A DNA stretch of 20,000 bases from Candidatus Limnocylindrales bacterium (GTDB lineage: Bacteria; Moduliflexota; Moduliflexia; Moduliflexales; JAUQPW01), in the NCBI GenBank assembly GCA_035559535.1, contig DATMBG010000004.1:46732-66731 (forward strand), in the 5' to 3' direction. Shown piece after piece: positions 1 to 7,869 of this stretch. The notes under the pieces were generated by a model. The model was not told the origin of the DNA, searched no databases, and worked only from the letters and a program-made list of their open reading frames with translations. Positions within the stretch are counted from its first letter, which is position 1; each line of letters begins with the position of its first letter. Position numbers and translations under genes: made by a program.

Positions 1-87
1 CCCCGGGAGGTTGTTGGATTAGAAATGATTAAAAAAGTCTCTGAGGATATGTTCAACTATGTGCCCTCCTTCTGGAATGAATTATAA
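1..87 (+). CDS. 3' end of a gene running in from the left; probable ArsA/Get3 (TRC40)-family ATPase C-terminus
   Basis: Frame 1 reads PREVVGLEMIKKVSEDMFNYVPSFWNEL* (TAA 85-87). The (P/E)xEVxGLExL/I pattern resembles the C-terminal motif of ArsA/Get3 ATPases. Only 28 aa are visible. Confidence 0.45.
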   Translation, partial: PREVVGLEMIKKVSEDMFNYVPSFWNEL

Positions 88-133
88 GCCAGAAGTCAGA
101 AGAAATTCCGACTTCTGAGGGTCGGTTTCCAGG

Positions 134-622
134 GTGAAAAAACATCTCTTAGCTGCCAACAATTTCTTTCTCGGGGTTACCAACTTCCTCATCTTACCTC
201 TACCTGATTCCTGGCAATTGGTAGATATCCTGACCCCCCCGGATGTGGACGCCAGTTTTACCTCTCAAAATATTTCCTGGGTTACCTCGGGAAGTGTTAA
301 CTATCTTCTGGCAGATCCCCAGCGATCTTTAAGTCTGGAGCTTCTTCTACAGATCAAAAAAGGAAATACACAACGGTTTAAGCCGGTTCTGAAACCTATT
401 GAATCTCAAGGTATCCTATGGATTGGTAAACATGCTGCCACCCAAACCTTTGGAAAAATTACCCGGGGGGTCTTTAAAAAAAGATGGGAAGAGGGACTTC
501 AGATTCTCCTTCCCTGTGAGGTACTTCAGAGGACCCTCTGTTTAACCTTTACCGGAAATTGTTCCCGCGAGGTCTTACAAGAAATCTTGAAGGTTATCCC
601 CTACGCCCAATGCCATACCTGA
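134..622 (+). CDS. Hypothetical protein, 162 aa (possible PsbP/Mog1-like alpha/beta fold)
   Basis: GTG-start ORF co-oriented with the upstream gene. It has an early LPxxW motif, alternating beta-strand patterns and a C-terminal ...QCHT. The fold is an inference. Confidence 0.7.
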   Translation: MKKHLLAANNFFLGVTNFLILPLPDSWQLVDILTPPDVDASFTSQNISWVTSGSVNYLLADPQRSLSLELLLQIKKGNTQRFKPVLKPIESQGILWIGKHAATQTFGKITRGVFKKRWEEGLQILLPCEVLQRTLCLTFTGNCSREVLQEILKVIPYAQCHT

Positions 623-673
623 TCTCCCTTTGTGAGGAAGAAGAGCCCAACCAATTTATTTTTTTTCCTTTCC

Positions 674-1321
674 TTATTCCTGCACCAGCCTTCCAAGCTC
701 CTTTAGAAAACTAAAGAAATCTTCGGCTTTCTTCTTTTTCAATTCAGAAAGAGAAAAGCTTGCCAGCAGGTGGGGAAAGTTCTTTCGGATAGAAAAACGG
801 AGAAGATGAGAAAACCAGGGTTGAAAGATTGAAGAAAGTCTATGAAGCCGTTCCTGGTGACTCCCCTGCTGGAAGGCTAATAGGAAAGAAGTATTTTCCA
901 ATTCTTGAGAGATCCAGTTTTCCTGGATTACGGTTTGTAGAGCTTCTTTTCCGATTCGATTTTGGGGATCAAAAACTTCAAATTCTAAATCCGGTTCCCT
1001 GAGAAGGTTTCCTCGAATACTGAGTAAGCCCTTTCGCCCCATCAACCGATGAAAGAGCCAGGCCAACAACATACTCCTTGGTTCCAGGATCACCATAAGG
1101 GCCATACCTTTAAAAGGGGGAAGAGGCTTTTCTACCACAATTTGAAAACCGGAAATACTTAACCAGCGGACCGATATTCCCTCACCGACACTATCCAAAC
1201 CTCCCTGAATCCATCGGACAATTTGATGACTTTGCCTTTGGTTTAAATAGGATCCAATAAAGTACCAGATTAAAAACAGAAAAGATAAATATACAACGAC
1301 CTGGAAAGCAACGCTATTCAT
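674..1321 (-). CDS. Single-pass membrane protein, 215 aa, with a CCDC47/DUF1682-like N-terminal pattern
   Basis: N-terminal TM helix (VAFQVVVYLSFLFLIWYFIG), then GxxxN..W and LEPR..LL.WL..GR motifs. Last gene of a tightly spaced operon. Confidence 0.75.
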   Translation of the reverse strand: MNSVAFQVVVYLSFLFLIWYFIGSYLNQRQSHQIVRWIQGGLDSVGEGISVRWLSISGFQIVVEKPLPPFKGMALMVILEPRSMLLAWLFHRLMGRKGLLSIRGNLLREPDLEFEVFDPQNRIGKEALQTVIQENWISQELENTSFLLAFQQGSHQERLHRLSSIFQPWFSHLLRFSIRKNFPHLLASFSLSELKKKKAEDFFSFLKELGRLVQE

Positions 1322-1333
1322 GAGGATTTTATC

Positions 1334-1603
1334 TTAATGGACCTCTGGAACGAATTCGGTAACATCCCTTTCTCGAAGCTGATTTTGTTTCCACTTTTTC
1401 AATTTTGGAAATAAATAGGGTAATAACCGAAGCGTCACCGTGGAATTCATAAGGGGAATCCCTAGCAATTCCCCCAGAAGAACAATATTCATGACCTCTT
1501 CATATTTAACTTTTTCTTCAAGAGTGATCCGATAGAGATCAAAGATAAAAAGACCCCAGAAGAAATCTTTGAAGTTTTTCCACCACTTTTTGACCCACTG
1601 CAT
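1334..1603 (-). CDS. Small membrane-associated protein, 89 aa, resembling the cory-CC-star / CstA-ArsA accessory family
   Basis: Start moved to ATG 1603 because AAGGAG lies at 1616-1611. Sequence contains LLGELLGIP...TLRLLPYL...WK...RERD, similar to the 'LGIPNP..YTLELLPY' core of that family. Confidence 0.7.
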   Translation of the reverse strand: MQWVKKWWKNFKDFFWGLFIFDLYRITLEEKVKYEEVMNIVLLGELLGIPLMNSTVTLRLLPYLFPKLKKWKQNQLRERDVTEFVPEVH

Positions 1604-1619
1604 TTCTTCGCTCCTTGTA

Positions 1620-2000
1620 TCACACCTTCCCCATAGCCAGTTCTTCCTGAACGGCATATTTAAGGGTTGGATAATCAAAGGGCTCTTTGAGTATTCGTTT
1701 GTTATCAATGATAACGGCCAGATCTCCTCCTAATCGATACTTTAAAGTAAGCCAGAAGCCCCGCAGTGAAATGGACCCCGTTACCAGAGGCTTAACCCCT
1801 TCACCAAAGTCACGGAGAAGTTGATGGTATAGGGCCGCGACCTTTTCCTGGTTTTTTATAACTTCCGGTGGGTAATCCTGGAGTTGATCCAGGTCGGTAT
1901 TGATACCGCAGGCTTTAAAGTAGTCGGTGGAACAACAATGGGCAGTTGTGCGATAAAAGGTTGGAAGTAGCCCAACGAATTCAACCTGGATTGGATACAT
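1620..2000 (-). CDS. Hypothetical thioredoxin/glutaredoxin-like protein, 126 aa
   Basis: RBS GGAGG upstream of the ATG. N-terminal strand followed by a Cys cluster (TTAHCC, ACG), long helix, and C-terminal 'AVIIDNKRI' similar to the glutaredoxin 'P.v.idg' hairpin. Fold is inferred. Confidence 0.7.
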   Translation of the reverse strand: MYPIQVEFVGLLPTFYRTTAHCCSTDYFKACGINTDLDQLQDYPPEVIKNQEKVAALYHQLLRDFGEGVKPLVTGSISLRGFWLTLKYRLGGDLAVIIDNKRILKEPFDYPTLKYAVQEELAMGKV

Positions 2001-2050
2001 ATGCTAACCTCCCTGGGTTTAAAAAAACTTTGAAAGGTTTTTTTCTGATA

Positions 2051-2079
2051 AAACTACTTGATCCCTCTGAGGGAGTCAA
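2051..2079 (-). promoter_or_regulatory. Putative sigma70 promoter for the 2000-674 operon, with a palindrome in the spacer
   Basis: Minus strand TTGACT-N17-TAGTTT. The dyad TCCCTC-T-GAGGGA (2062-2074) lies in the spacer and touches the -35 box. Confidence 0.5.
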
Positions 2080-2105
2080 TAGGATAAATATTTAGATTTA
2101 CCGGC

Positions 2106-2885
2106 CTATCCCCGGGTCCAAAATCCGGTCGGATCATAGGCCCGGATAAAATTCAATTCTTCCCGGGTCGGGGGTGGAGTTTCCTTCAGATCGGAAGCCA
2201 CCTTAAGGTCCCATCCGGTGTTAGCTAAAATTTCTTCCACCGGGATACCCGGATGGTTGGAAGCCAGGTACATTTCTTTGGTAACCGGATCGAATCTAAG
2301 AATCCCTCGGGTCGTGATGACCGCCCCGGGGCCTCCCCGGGGTAGTCCGACGGTTTCTCGCCAGTTTCCTCCCGTTCCATAGCCGGGTGAGGTGATATAA
2401 TCCACCCGATTTTTGAATCGCCGTTTTTCATGGGGCATGATGATAAGTAAACGTCGGGCTAAGGCGGCAATATCGCAAGCTCCCCCACTGCCTGGAAGGC
2501 GAGTAAAGTCAGGGTTCGGATGGTCGGAATGGGGTTTACCGCCGATATAAGAAGTATTTAGATTTCCATATTTATCTATTTCGGCCCCTCCTATAAATCC
2601 CGCATCGACCCAACCCCGTTGCATCATACCCATGAGATCCAATGTACTCCCACACTGTATGGCTCCTAAAATATTAGGAGAATCTCCCATGGTATACAAG
2701 ACTTCCTGAGCCGGTGTATCTCGAATAATCCCGCTCTCGAAAAACCCTATGGCCCGCGGAGCATGGGTTTTTTTAGCCAGGGCAAAGGCTAACAGGGGAA
2801 GCCTTGTACCCACAAAAATAATCTCTCCATCTCTAATCTCCCGGGCGGCTGCCGCAACCATAAGTTCTGGTAAAGTATAATTCAT
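2106..2885 (-). CDS. Family I CoA-transferase beta subunit (glutaconate CoA-transferase GctB-like), 259 aa
   Basis: Likely start MNYTLPELM at 2885. Motifs: AAAREIRDGE..FVG..LP, catalytic-Glu region FESG, GGAEIDKYGNLN, RLPGSGGACDIA, VDYITSPG. Confidence 0.92.
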   Translation of the reverse strand: MNYTLPELMVAAAAREIRDGEIIFVGTRLPLLAFALAKKTHAPRAIGFFESGIIRDTPAQEVLYTMGDSPNILGAIQCGSTLDLMGMMQRGWVDAGFIGGAEIDKYGNLNTSYIGGKPHSDHPNPDFTRLPGSGGACDIAALARRLLIIMPHEKRRFKNRVDYITSPGYGTGGNWRETVGLPRGGPGAVITTRGILRFDPVTKEMYLASNHPGIPVEEILANTGWDLKVASDLKETPPPTREELNFIRAYDPTGFWTRG

Positions 2886-2952
2886 GCATTGTGCCTGAAA
2901 ATGGAAAATTGCAACCGGCAGATTTAAAGGCTTCAACTTCCCATTTTCAGCT

Positions 2953-3061
2953 CCCCTCTCAATACCCAAAGTTGGCCGGTGCTGATAAGCATACTGGATA
3001 ATTCTGGGTCCTTGAACATACTGACCCCTCTCAATACCCAAAGTTGGCCGGTGCTGATAAG
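2953..3061. repeat. Perfect 37-bp direct repeat (2953-2989 and 3025-3061) separated by 35 bp
   Basis: CCCCTCTCAATACCCAAAGTTGGCCGGTGCTGATAAG occurs twice. The right copy encodes the last codons and stop of the CoA-transferase alpha gene. Confidence 0.95.
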
Positions 3062-3948
3062 GCCTCCTTTTTAACCTTTAACTCCTGAATACGCTCCTCC
3101 CCCAGCAGTTGCAAATAAGAATGTCGGGTTTCTACACCTTTAACCCATCGATTTAACCATTTTTGAAAGCCTTCCAGGGTTTTAGTTTCTTCATGATAGT
3201 CTTTATAGAATCCATGATCCCGATTGTAATAACCCTGTACCGGAGAAGGATGGGCGCCCCAGGGTTCTTCAACTACAGCCGAGACCAGAAAACCTGGAAT
3301 GAGAGTACGATTCGGATCGCTTCGGATAATGTCGGGAGACACAATTTCTTCTGTAACTAAAATAAGGGATCGGCTGGCCCGGGCTGCATCGCCAGTGATT
3401 CCCGTATTTCCCCAAATATGGGCGTTACCCTCCGGGTCGCAACGCTGGACCTGGATGATGGCGATATCGGGGTGAATGGCCTGAACGGCCAGAAGCTTCT
3501 CACCGGTAAAGGGGCAGCCTATTTCCTTCATCCCGGGATGATTTACAGGAAGATCAGATCCCAGAGCCGTTTTAGTGGGTAGATAAGGGACCCCCAAGGC
3601 AGCGGCATGGAGAGCCAGGGCTATGGTAAAATTAGAATGATCCTCCACGTCTATAGGATGAGGAATTCCTTCTTCAACCGCCCGACGAAAATTATAACCG
3701 GATCCCATCATGACATTTCCCACCCAGGCTGCTACAACTTTTCGTACACATCCTGCACCTATCAACAAGTCGAAGAGAATATCGGAGATAGGTCCGATGA
3801 GGGTAAGATCCCTCCGACCCTGGCGGATAATCTCATGTCCTGCTGAAAACGGAATAAGGGATTCCAACGCCGTTCCCGCAACAATACTCATTCCATCACG
3901 GACAAATCGGGCAATAGCCTCTTGCATGGATAAAATTTTACGGTTCAT
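3031..3948 (-). CDS. Family I CoA-transferase alpha subunit (GctA-like), 305 aa
   Basis: Motifs SMQEAIARFVRDG, PFSAGHEIIRQG..DLTL, DLLIGAGCV, PDIAIIQVQRCDPEGN, PWGAHPS..GYY.RD. Adjacent to the beta subunit. Confidence 0.93.
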   Translation of the reverse strand: MNRKILSMQEAIARFVRDGMSIVAGTALESLIPFSAGHEIIRQGRRDLTLIGPISDILFDLLIGAGCVRKVVAAWVGNVMMGSGYNFRRAVEEGIPHPIDVEDHSNFTIALALHAAALGVPYLPTKTALGSDLPVNHPGMKEIGCPFTGEKLLAVQAIHPDIAIIQVQRCDPEGNAHIWGNTGITGDAARASRSLILVTEEIVSPDIIRSDPNRTLIPGFLVSAVVEEPWGAHPSPVQGYYNRDHGFYKDYHEETKTLEGFQKWLNRWVKGVETRHSYLQLLGEERIQELKVKKEALSAPANFGY

Positions 3949-4255
3949 AACTTATCTCTATCTGTTCTTATCAAACTCTTTGATTTTCTCTCCTCCTTTT
4001 ATAAAATAGGTTGACGACCGCATCTCTTTCAGTTTAACTGATGGAGAGGTCAAAAATCAAATACGAAGTATGAAAAGAAAAAATTTTTAAAGTCCTGGAA
4101 CCGATTTGCGTTTTATACGGCTGGTCACTAAACGAATTCGGAATTACTTTAGGTCAGACCCCTTTCCCTGAGATGAGGTTCCCCGGACTTTTAAGTTATT
4201 AAACAAAGTTTAAGGAGAAAACCTCTCTTTTATAAGATTATGGGGGTTGCTATAA

Positions 4256-4410
4256 GTAACTATACCAATTTAGTAGGTGTCACTTTTTCTGTCTGAACAC
4301 CTCCCATCCCCCCTCCAGGGGGGACTGACATAGGGTGGCTGCAGCTGAATCCCCTCTGGAGGGGGGATGGGAGGTGTTTCTTTTTCCACCTACTAAATGA
4401 ATACGGATAC
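4256..4410. mobile_element. MITE-1 (155 bp) with 24-bp imperfect TIRs and 9-bp TSD
   Basis: TTGCTATAA at 4247-4255 and 4411-4419. Ends GTAACTATACCAATTTAGTAGGTG / CACCTACTAAATGAATACGGATAC match 18/24. Internal 29-bp inverted repeat 4296-4324 / 4350-4378 matches 28/29. Confidence 0.8.
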
Positions 4411-4411
4411 T

Positions 4412-4420
4412 TGCTATAAT
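4412..4420 (+). promoter_or_regulatory. Extended -10 element (TGnTATAAT) upstream of the HEAT-repeat gene
   Basis: TGCTATAAT is a perfect extended -10 consensus about 115 bp before ATG 4536. It overlaps the right TSD of MITE-1. Confidence 0.5.
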
Positions 4421-4535
4421 TAAAAATTGGCTTTATCCTGGAAGGTTAGATATAAATAAAACTGAAAATCTAGACCTCAGGATATAAGACTCTTTAGGAT
4501 AACCTCGTAACGCTTCTTTTTGAAACCTTTAAGGT

Positions 4536-5543
4536 ATGGAATCAGGTCAGAAATTGGTTCAGGAACTACTTAATCTCGCGACAGGAGAAAGGAACAAAGC
4601 TGCTTTTGCCTTAGAAGTTGCTCTTTTGCTAAAAAAAGTCGATCCAGCAGAAATAGAGCCGATTGTCATTAAACTACTGGAAGATCCGGACAGCTCGGTA
4701 CGATGGTTTGTAACGCACATCCTCGGGGAGATAAAGACCAGTATGGCTCTGAAGTATCTGGCCAAAATGTTAAAGGATCCCAGCAAAGAAGTCCGGGCTG
4801 AGGCTGCTGAAGTTCTGGAGGAATTACATCCGGAAGAAGTTATACCTGAGCTGGTGGAAGCTCTCCGTGATGAAGATTATCTAGTTCGCTCGCGGGTAGC
4901 TTCGGCCTTGAAAAGAATAGATCCGGTAAGTGTCCTTCCCCATCTTATAGTCGGATTACATCACGAAGACCGATATATTCGACGACAGGTGGTGAGTCTA
5001 CTGGGTGAGATCAAGCCTCCCGAAGCTGTTCCTTTGCTTATAGAGGCTTTAAAGGATCCAGACCATATTGTTCGAAGTGCAGCGATTTCTGCTTTGAGCA
5101 GCCTGAAGGCCATAGAGAGTCTGGATTATCTTATTGAAGCCTTACAAGATAACAACAGTTGGGTCCAAATTGCCGCAGCGAAAGCTTTAGGAGAAATGGG
5201 GAATCGTAAGATTGCCGAAAAACTCCAGCCTCTCCTAAAGGCAGAAAGGCCAGAAGTTCGAGAGGCCGCTTATACAGCCCTCACGGAAATTAACCGGCGA
5301 GAAGATAGAAGTTTTGTTCGTAAAATGAAGGTATCGGATCTCCTCAACGATGTAGCGGCCAATATGGGAGTTACCCCTCAAGTTTTATTAAACCTTACGG
5401 CTAAAGGGGATGAAGAGTTTCGAGAAATGGTAAAGGAAATTTTAAAGGTCCTCCCTAAGGAGGACCTTCACCAAATCGCCGATAATCCCGGCCTGCATCC
5501 TCAGCTTCAACAATTTGTACAAACTTTACTTAAAGAGCCTTGA
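4536..5543 (+). CDS. HEAT-repeat (PBS lyase HEAT-like) protein, 335 aa
   Basis: About seven ~31-aa repeats of L..aL.D.d..VR..Aa.aLg.i, followed by a short helical C-terminal domain. Confidence 0.9.
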   Translation: MESGQKLVQELLNLATGERNKAAFALEVALLLKKVDPAEIEPIVIKLLEDPDSSVRWFVTHILGEIKTSMALKYLAKMLKDPSKEVRAEAAEVLEELHPEEVIPELVEALRDEDYLVRSRVASALKRIDPVSVLPHLIVGLHHEDRYIRRQVVSLLGEIKPPEAVPLLIEALKDPDHIVRSAAISALSSLKAIESLDYLIEALQDNNSWVQIAAAKALGEMGNRKIAEKLQPLLKAERPEVREAAYTALTEINRREDRSFVRKMKVSDLLNDVAANMGVTPQVLLNLTAKGDEEFREMVKEILKVLPKEDLHQIADNPGLHPQLQQFVQTLLKEP

Positions 5544-5560
5544 GAATAAGGTATTGTTTT

Positions 5561-6001
5561 TTAAAGCTCTCCACAACAATCTTTAAGCTTTAATCCACTT
5601 CCACAGGGGCATAAATCGTTTCTTGTAACACTCTTTCGACTTTTACTAATTTTCCTTAAAAACTCGTTAAGATCCTTTTCGTCATCATAGATATCTTCAT
5701 CCTCGCTATATTCTTCGTAATCCTCTCCTTCGGTTTCTTCAGAATCCTCCAGTTGTAGTACCGAGAAATGCTCGATGGTCTTTTTTAAATTTCTCGCCAG
5801 AAAAACGATGGAAAGTGTTAATCCGGAAAAGCAGGTAATCATTAAAGAGACAATAACTCCCTGGAAAAGAGAGAGCGAAAAAAGGGTGTGTAATCCGTAA
5901 CCAACTCCCACGACCCCCAGGGAAACCAGAAGTATACTTGCACAAATAGCTGACCCAATCAACAGTCCCGGATAAATGAAGGATCTAAAGTCTTTATACA
6001 T
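5561..6001 (-). CDS. Membrane protein with acidic linker and C-terminal SEC-C metal-binding motif, 146 aa
   Basis: Two hydrophobic segments, a D/E-rich tract and RNDLCPCGSGLKLKDCCG (SEC-C motif). RBS AAGGAG upstream. Confidence 0.85.
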   Translation of the reverse strand: MYKDFRSFIYPGLLIGSAICASILLVSLGVVGVGYGLHTLFSLSLFQGVIVSLMITCFSGLTLSIVFLARNLKKTIEHFSVLQLEDSEETEGEDYEEYSEDEDIYDDEKDLNEFLRKISKSRKSVTRNDLCPCGSGLKLKDCCGEL

Positions 6002-6079
6002 AAATAAAATCTCCTTTTAAAGATCGGTTAATAGCTCAATCAGGTTACTTAAGGTTTCAATCTCCATCCCCTCACGTGG

Positions 6080-6562
6080 TTAATGTTCCTGAGATCCTGA
6101 AGGGGAAGGCTCTGAAGTTCCTTTACTCTCTGGACCGGTAGAGGTTGAACCCCTACTTTCCTGAGAAGTAGAGGGTTGGGTAACCGGTTTCTCCTCAATA
6201 GGAACCGCCTTATTGGAAGGATTTTCCAGAGGCGGCTGCTCCCCTTGAGTACTCGATTGAGGTGGAGTTGAGGGTTGTTCTGGAGCAGGACTCTGCTGCG
6301 TTTGCCGTGCCCTATCAACGATGGAAGAAGCAGATCTGTGGGTCGAAAGCAGGGTGAGTCCAAGGGAAGTCAACATAAAGACCACAGCCGCTACGGTTGT
6401 TACCCGATTTAAAAAATTGGCGGGACCAGCACCACCGAATAAGGTCTGACTGGCTCCACCAAAAGCAGCTCCGATATCCGCTCCTTTACCTGTTTGTAAC
6501 AGTACAATAGCTATCAAAATGATACACATCAATACATGAATAATTGTAATAAACGTAATCAT
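6080..6562 (-). CDS. secG: Preprotein translocase subunit SecG with a long P/S/T/Q-rich tail
   Basis: IVLLQTGKGADIGAAFGGASQTLFGGAG..NFLNRVT motif. Directly downstream of tpiA, the usual synteny. Confidence 0.96.
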   Translation of the reverse strand: MITFITIIHVLMCIILIAIVLLQTGKGADIGAAFGGASQTLFGGAGPANFLNRVTTVAAVVFMLTSLGLTLLSTHRSASSIVDRARQTQQSPAPEQPSTPPQSSTQGEQPPLENPSNKAVPIEEKPVTQPSTSQESRGSTSTGPESKGTSEPSPSGSQEH

Positions 6563-6567
6563 AAAAT

Positions 6568-7326
6568 TTATTCCTTAAACTTTACAATTTTGGCGAATGA
6601 ATTGGCATCCAAACTGGCTCCTCCTACCAAAACCCCATCGATATCTTTTTGACTCATAAGAGATTTAATATTATCCGGCCTTACACTACCACCATATTGA
6701 ATTCGGATCTCAGAGGCCACCGTTTCATTAAAATTCTTAGCCAGTAAGGAACGTATAAACGCATGAACTTCATTTGCCTGTTCCGGGGTAGCGGTTTTAC
6801 CCGTACCAATGGCCCATACCGGCTCATAAGCAATGATAAGCCGTAGAACCTGTGAATGGGTTAATCCAACCAACCCCTCTTTTATTTGACGTTCAATAAT
6901 TTCAAAGGTTTGATTCTTTTCTCGTTCTTCGAGGGTTTCACCTACACAAACAATAGGGATAAGCCCGTGGTCCAGCGCTGCAAAAATTTTTTTATTAACC
7001 GTTGAGTTAGTTTCGCAAAAATAAGTACGACGTTCCGAATGTCCTATAATAACATAACTACATCCTACGTCTTTTAACATCAAGGCAGAAATTTCCCCGG
7101 TGAAGGCGCCACTTTTTTCCCAATGAAGATTTTGTGCACCCAGCTTGATCGGACTGGATTTGATAACGTCAAATACGACTTTCAATCCGGTAAAAGGGGG
7201 GCAAAGAACTACTTCTCTATCATCGGTAAGGTCTGTGAGGTGGTCGACAAGAGCTTTTGCGAGTTCTTCGGCTTCGGCTGAAGTTTTATGCATTTTCCAA
7301 TTTCCAGCAATAACAGGTCTTCGCAT
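6568..7326 (-). CDS. tpiA: Triosephosphate isomerase
   Basis: AGNWKM, GAFTGEIS, GHSERR, AYEPVWAIGTG, YGGSV and LVGGASL motifs. Confidence 0.99.
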   Translation of the reverse strand: MRRPVIAGNWKMHKTSAEAEELAKALVDHLTDLTDDREVVLCPPFTGLKVVFDVIKSSPIKLGAQNLHWEKSGAFTGEISALMLKDVGCSYVIIGHSERRTYFCETNSTVNKKIFAALDHGLIPIVCVGETLEEREKNQTFEIIERQIKEGLVGLTHSQVLRLIIAYEPVWAIGTGKTATPEQANEVHAFIRSLLAKNFNETVASEIRIQYGGSVRPDNIKSLMSQKDIDGVLVGGASLDANSFAKIVKFKE

Positions 7327-7524
7327 GGATTTCCTTGGGGGCTCTCTCCTTATCTTTGTCTTTTTCTTGTCTTACCACTTACAGTGTATTTGAAAATAAA
7401 TTAAAAATCAAGAAAAAAATATTCAAAATATTCTGATAGAGATTTTTCTTGCAGGATCCTCCCTTCCCCGATTAAAATAAAGATAATTGATGTGGAGAAG
7501 AACAGATAAGCAGGAGCGTAAGGA

Positions 7525-7731
7525 ATGGGTTTATTTATAACGGTTCATCTTGATAACACCAAATGTCCCTCGGATTGTAAGAAATGCGTTACGATCTGCC
7601 CGGTAGATATCTTTCATATGAAATCGGGTAAAGTTTTCAGTAATGAAATGGCAGAGGATGAGTGTACGCTGTGTGACCTCTGCCTGGAGGTTTGTCCCAT
7701 AGATAATATTGAGATTCAAAAGCATTATTAA
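7525..7731 (+). CDS. Bacterial-type 4Fe-4S dicluster ferredoxin, 68 aa
   Basis: CPSDCKKCVTICP and CTLCDLCLEVCP motifs. AGGAG upstream. Confidence 0.9.
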   Translation: MGLFITVHLDNTKCPSDCKKCVTICPVDIFHMKSGKVFSNEMAEDECTLCDLCLEVCPIDNIEIQKHY

Positions 7732-7869
7732 ACTAAATAAATAAAACGTGACCCCGAAGAACACGAAGTTATCCCCCTACGAATATAGATAACCACCGGT
7801 TCGATGCCTATTTACCCATTTACCTACGGTTACAGCTTTGGGGGCTTCGGGATCGTTGGGGTTAAAGAT

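Noticed and set aside
1604-1708. Upstream extension of ORF 1334..1708
   Set aside because: Overlaps the 1620..2000 gene, and a good RBS precedes ATG 1603.
2886-3041. N-terminal extension of the CoA-transferase beta ORF (311 aa in the ORF track)
   Set aside because: It runs through the duplicated sequence (repeated GIERG). Family similarity starts at MNYT (2885).
2953-3061. True CRISPR array (37-bp repeat, 35-bp spacer)
   Set aside because: Only two copies, one of them protein-coding. No typical CRISPR repeat ends, no leader and no cas genes in the window.
6002-6079. tRNA-Leu after secG
   Set aside because: No cloverleaf, T-loop (GTTCRA) or acceptor stem on either strand.
7804-7869. Longer N-terminus for the SDR gene
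   Set aside because: Lies within an inverted-repeat element; SDR similarity begins shortly after Met 7870.
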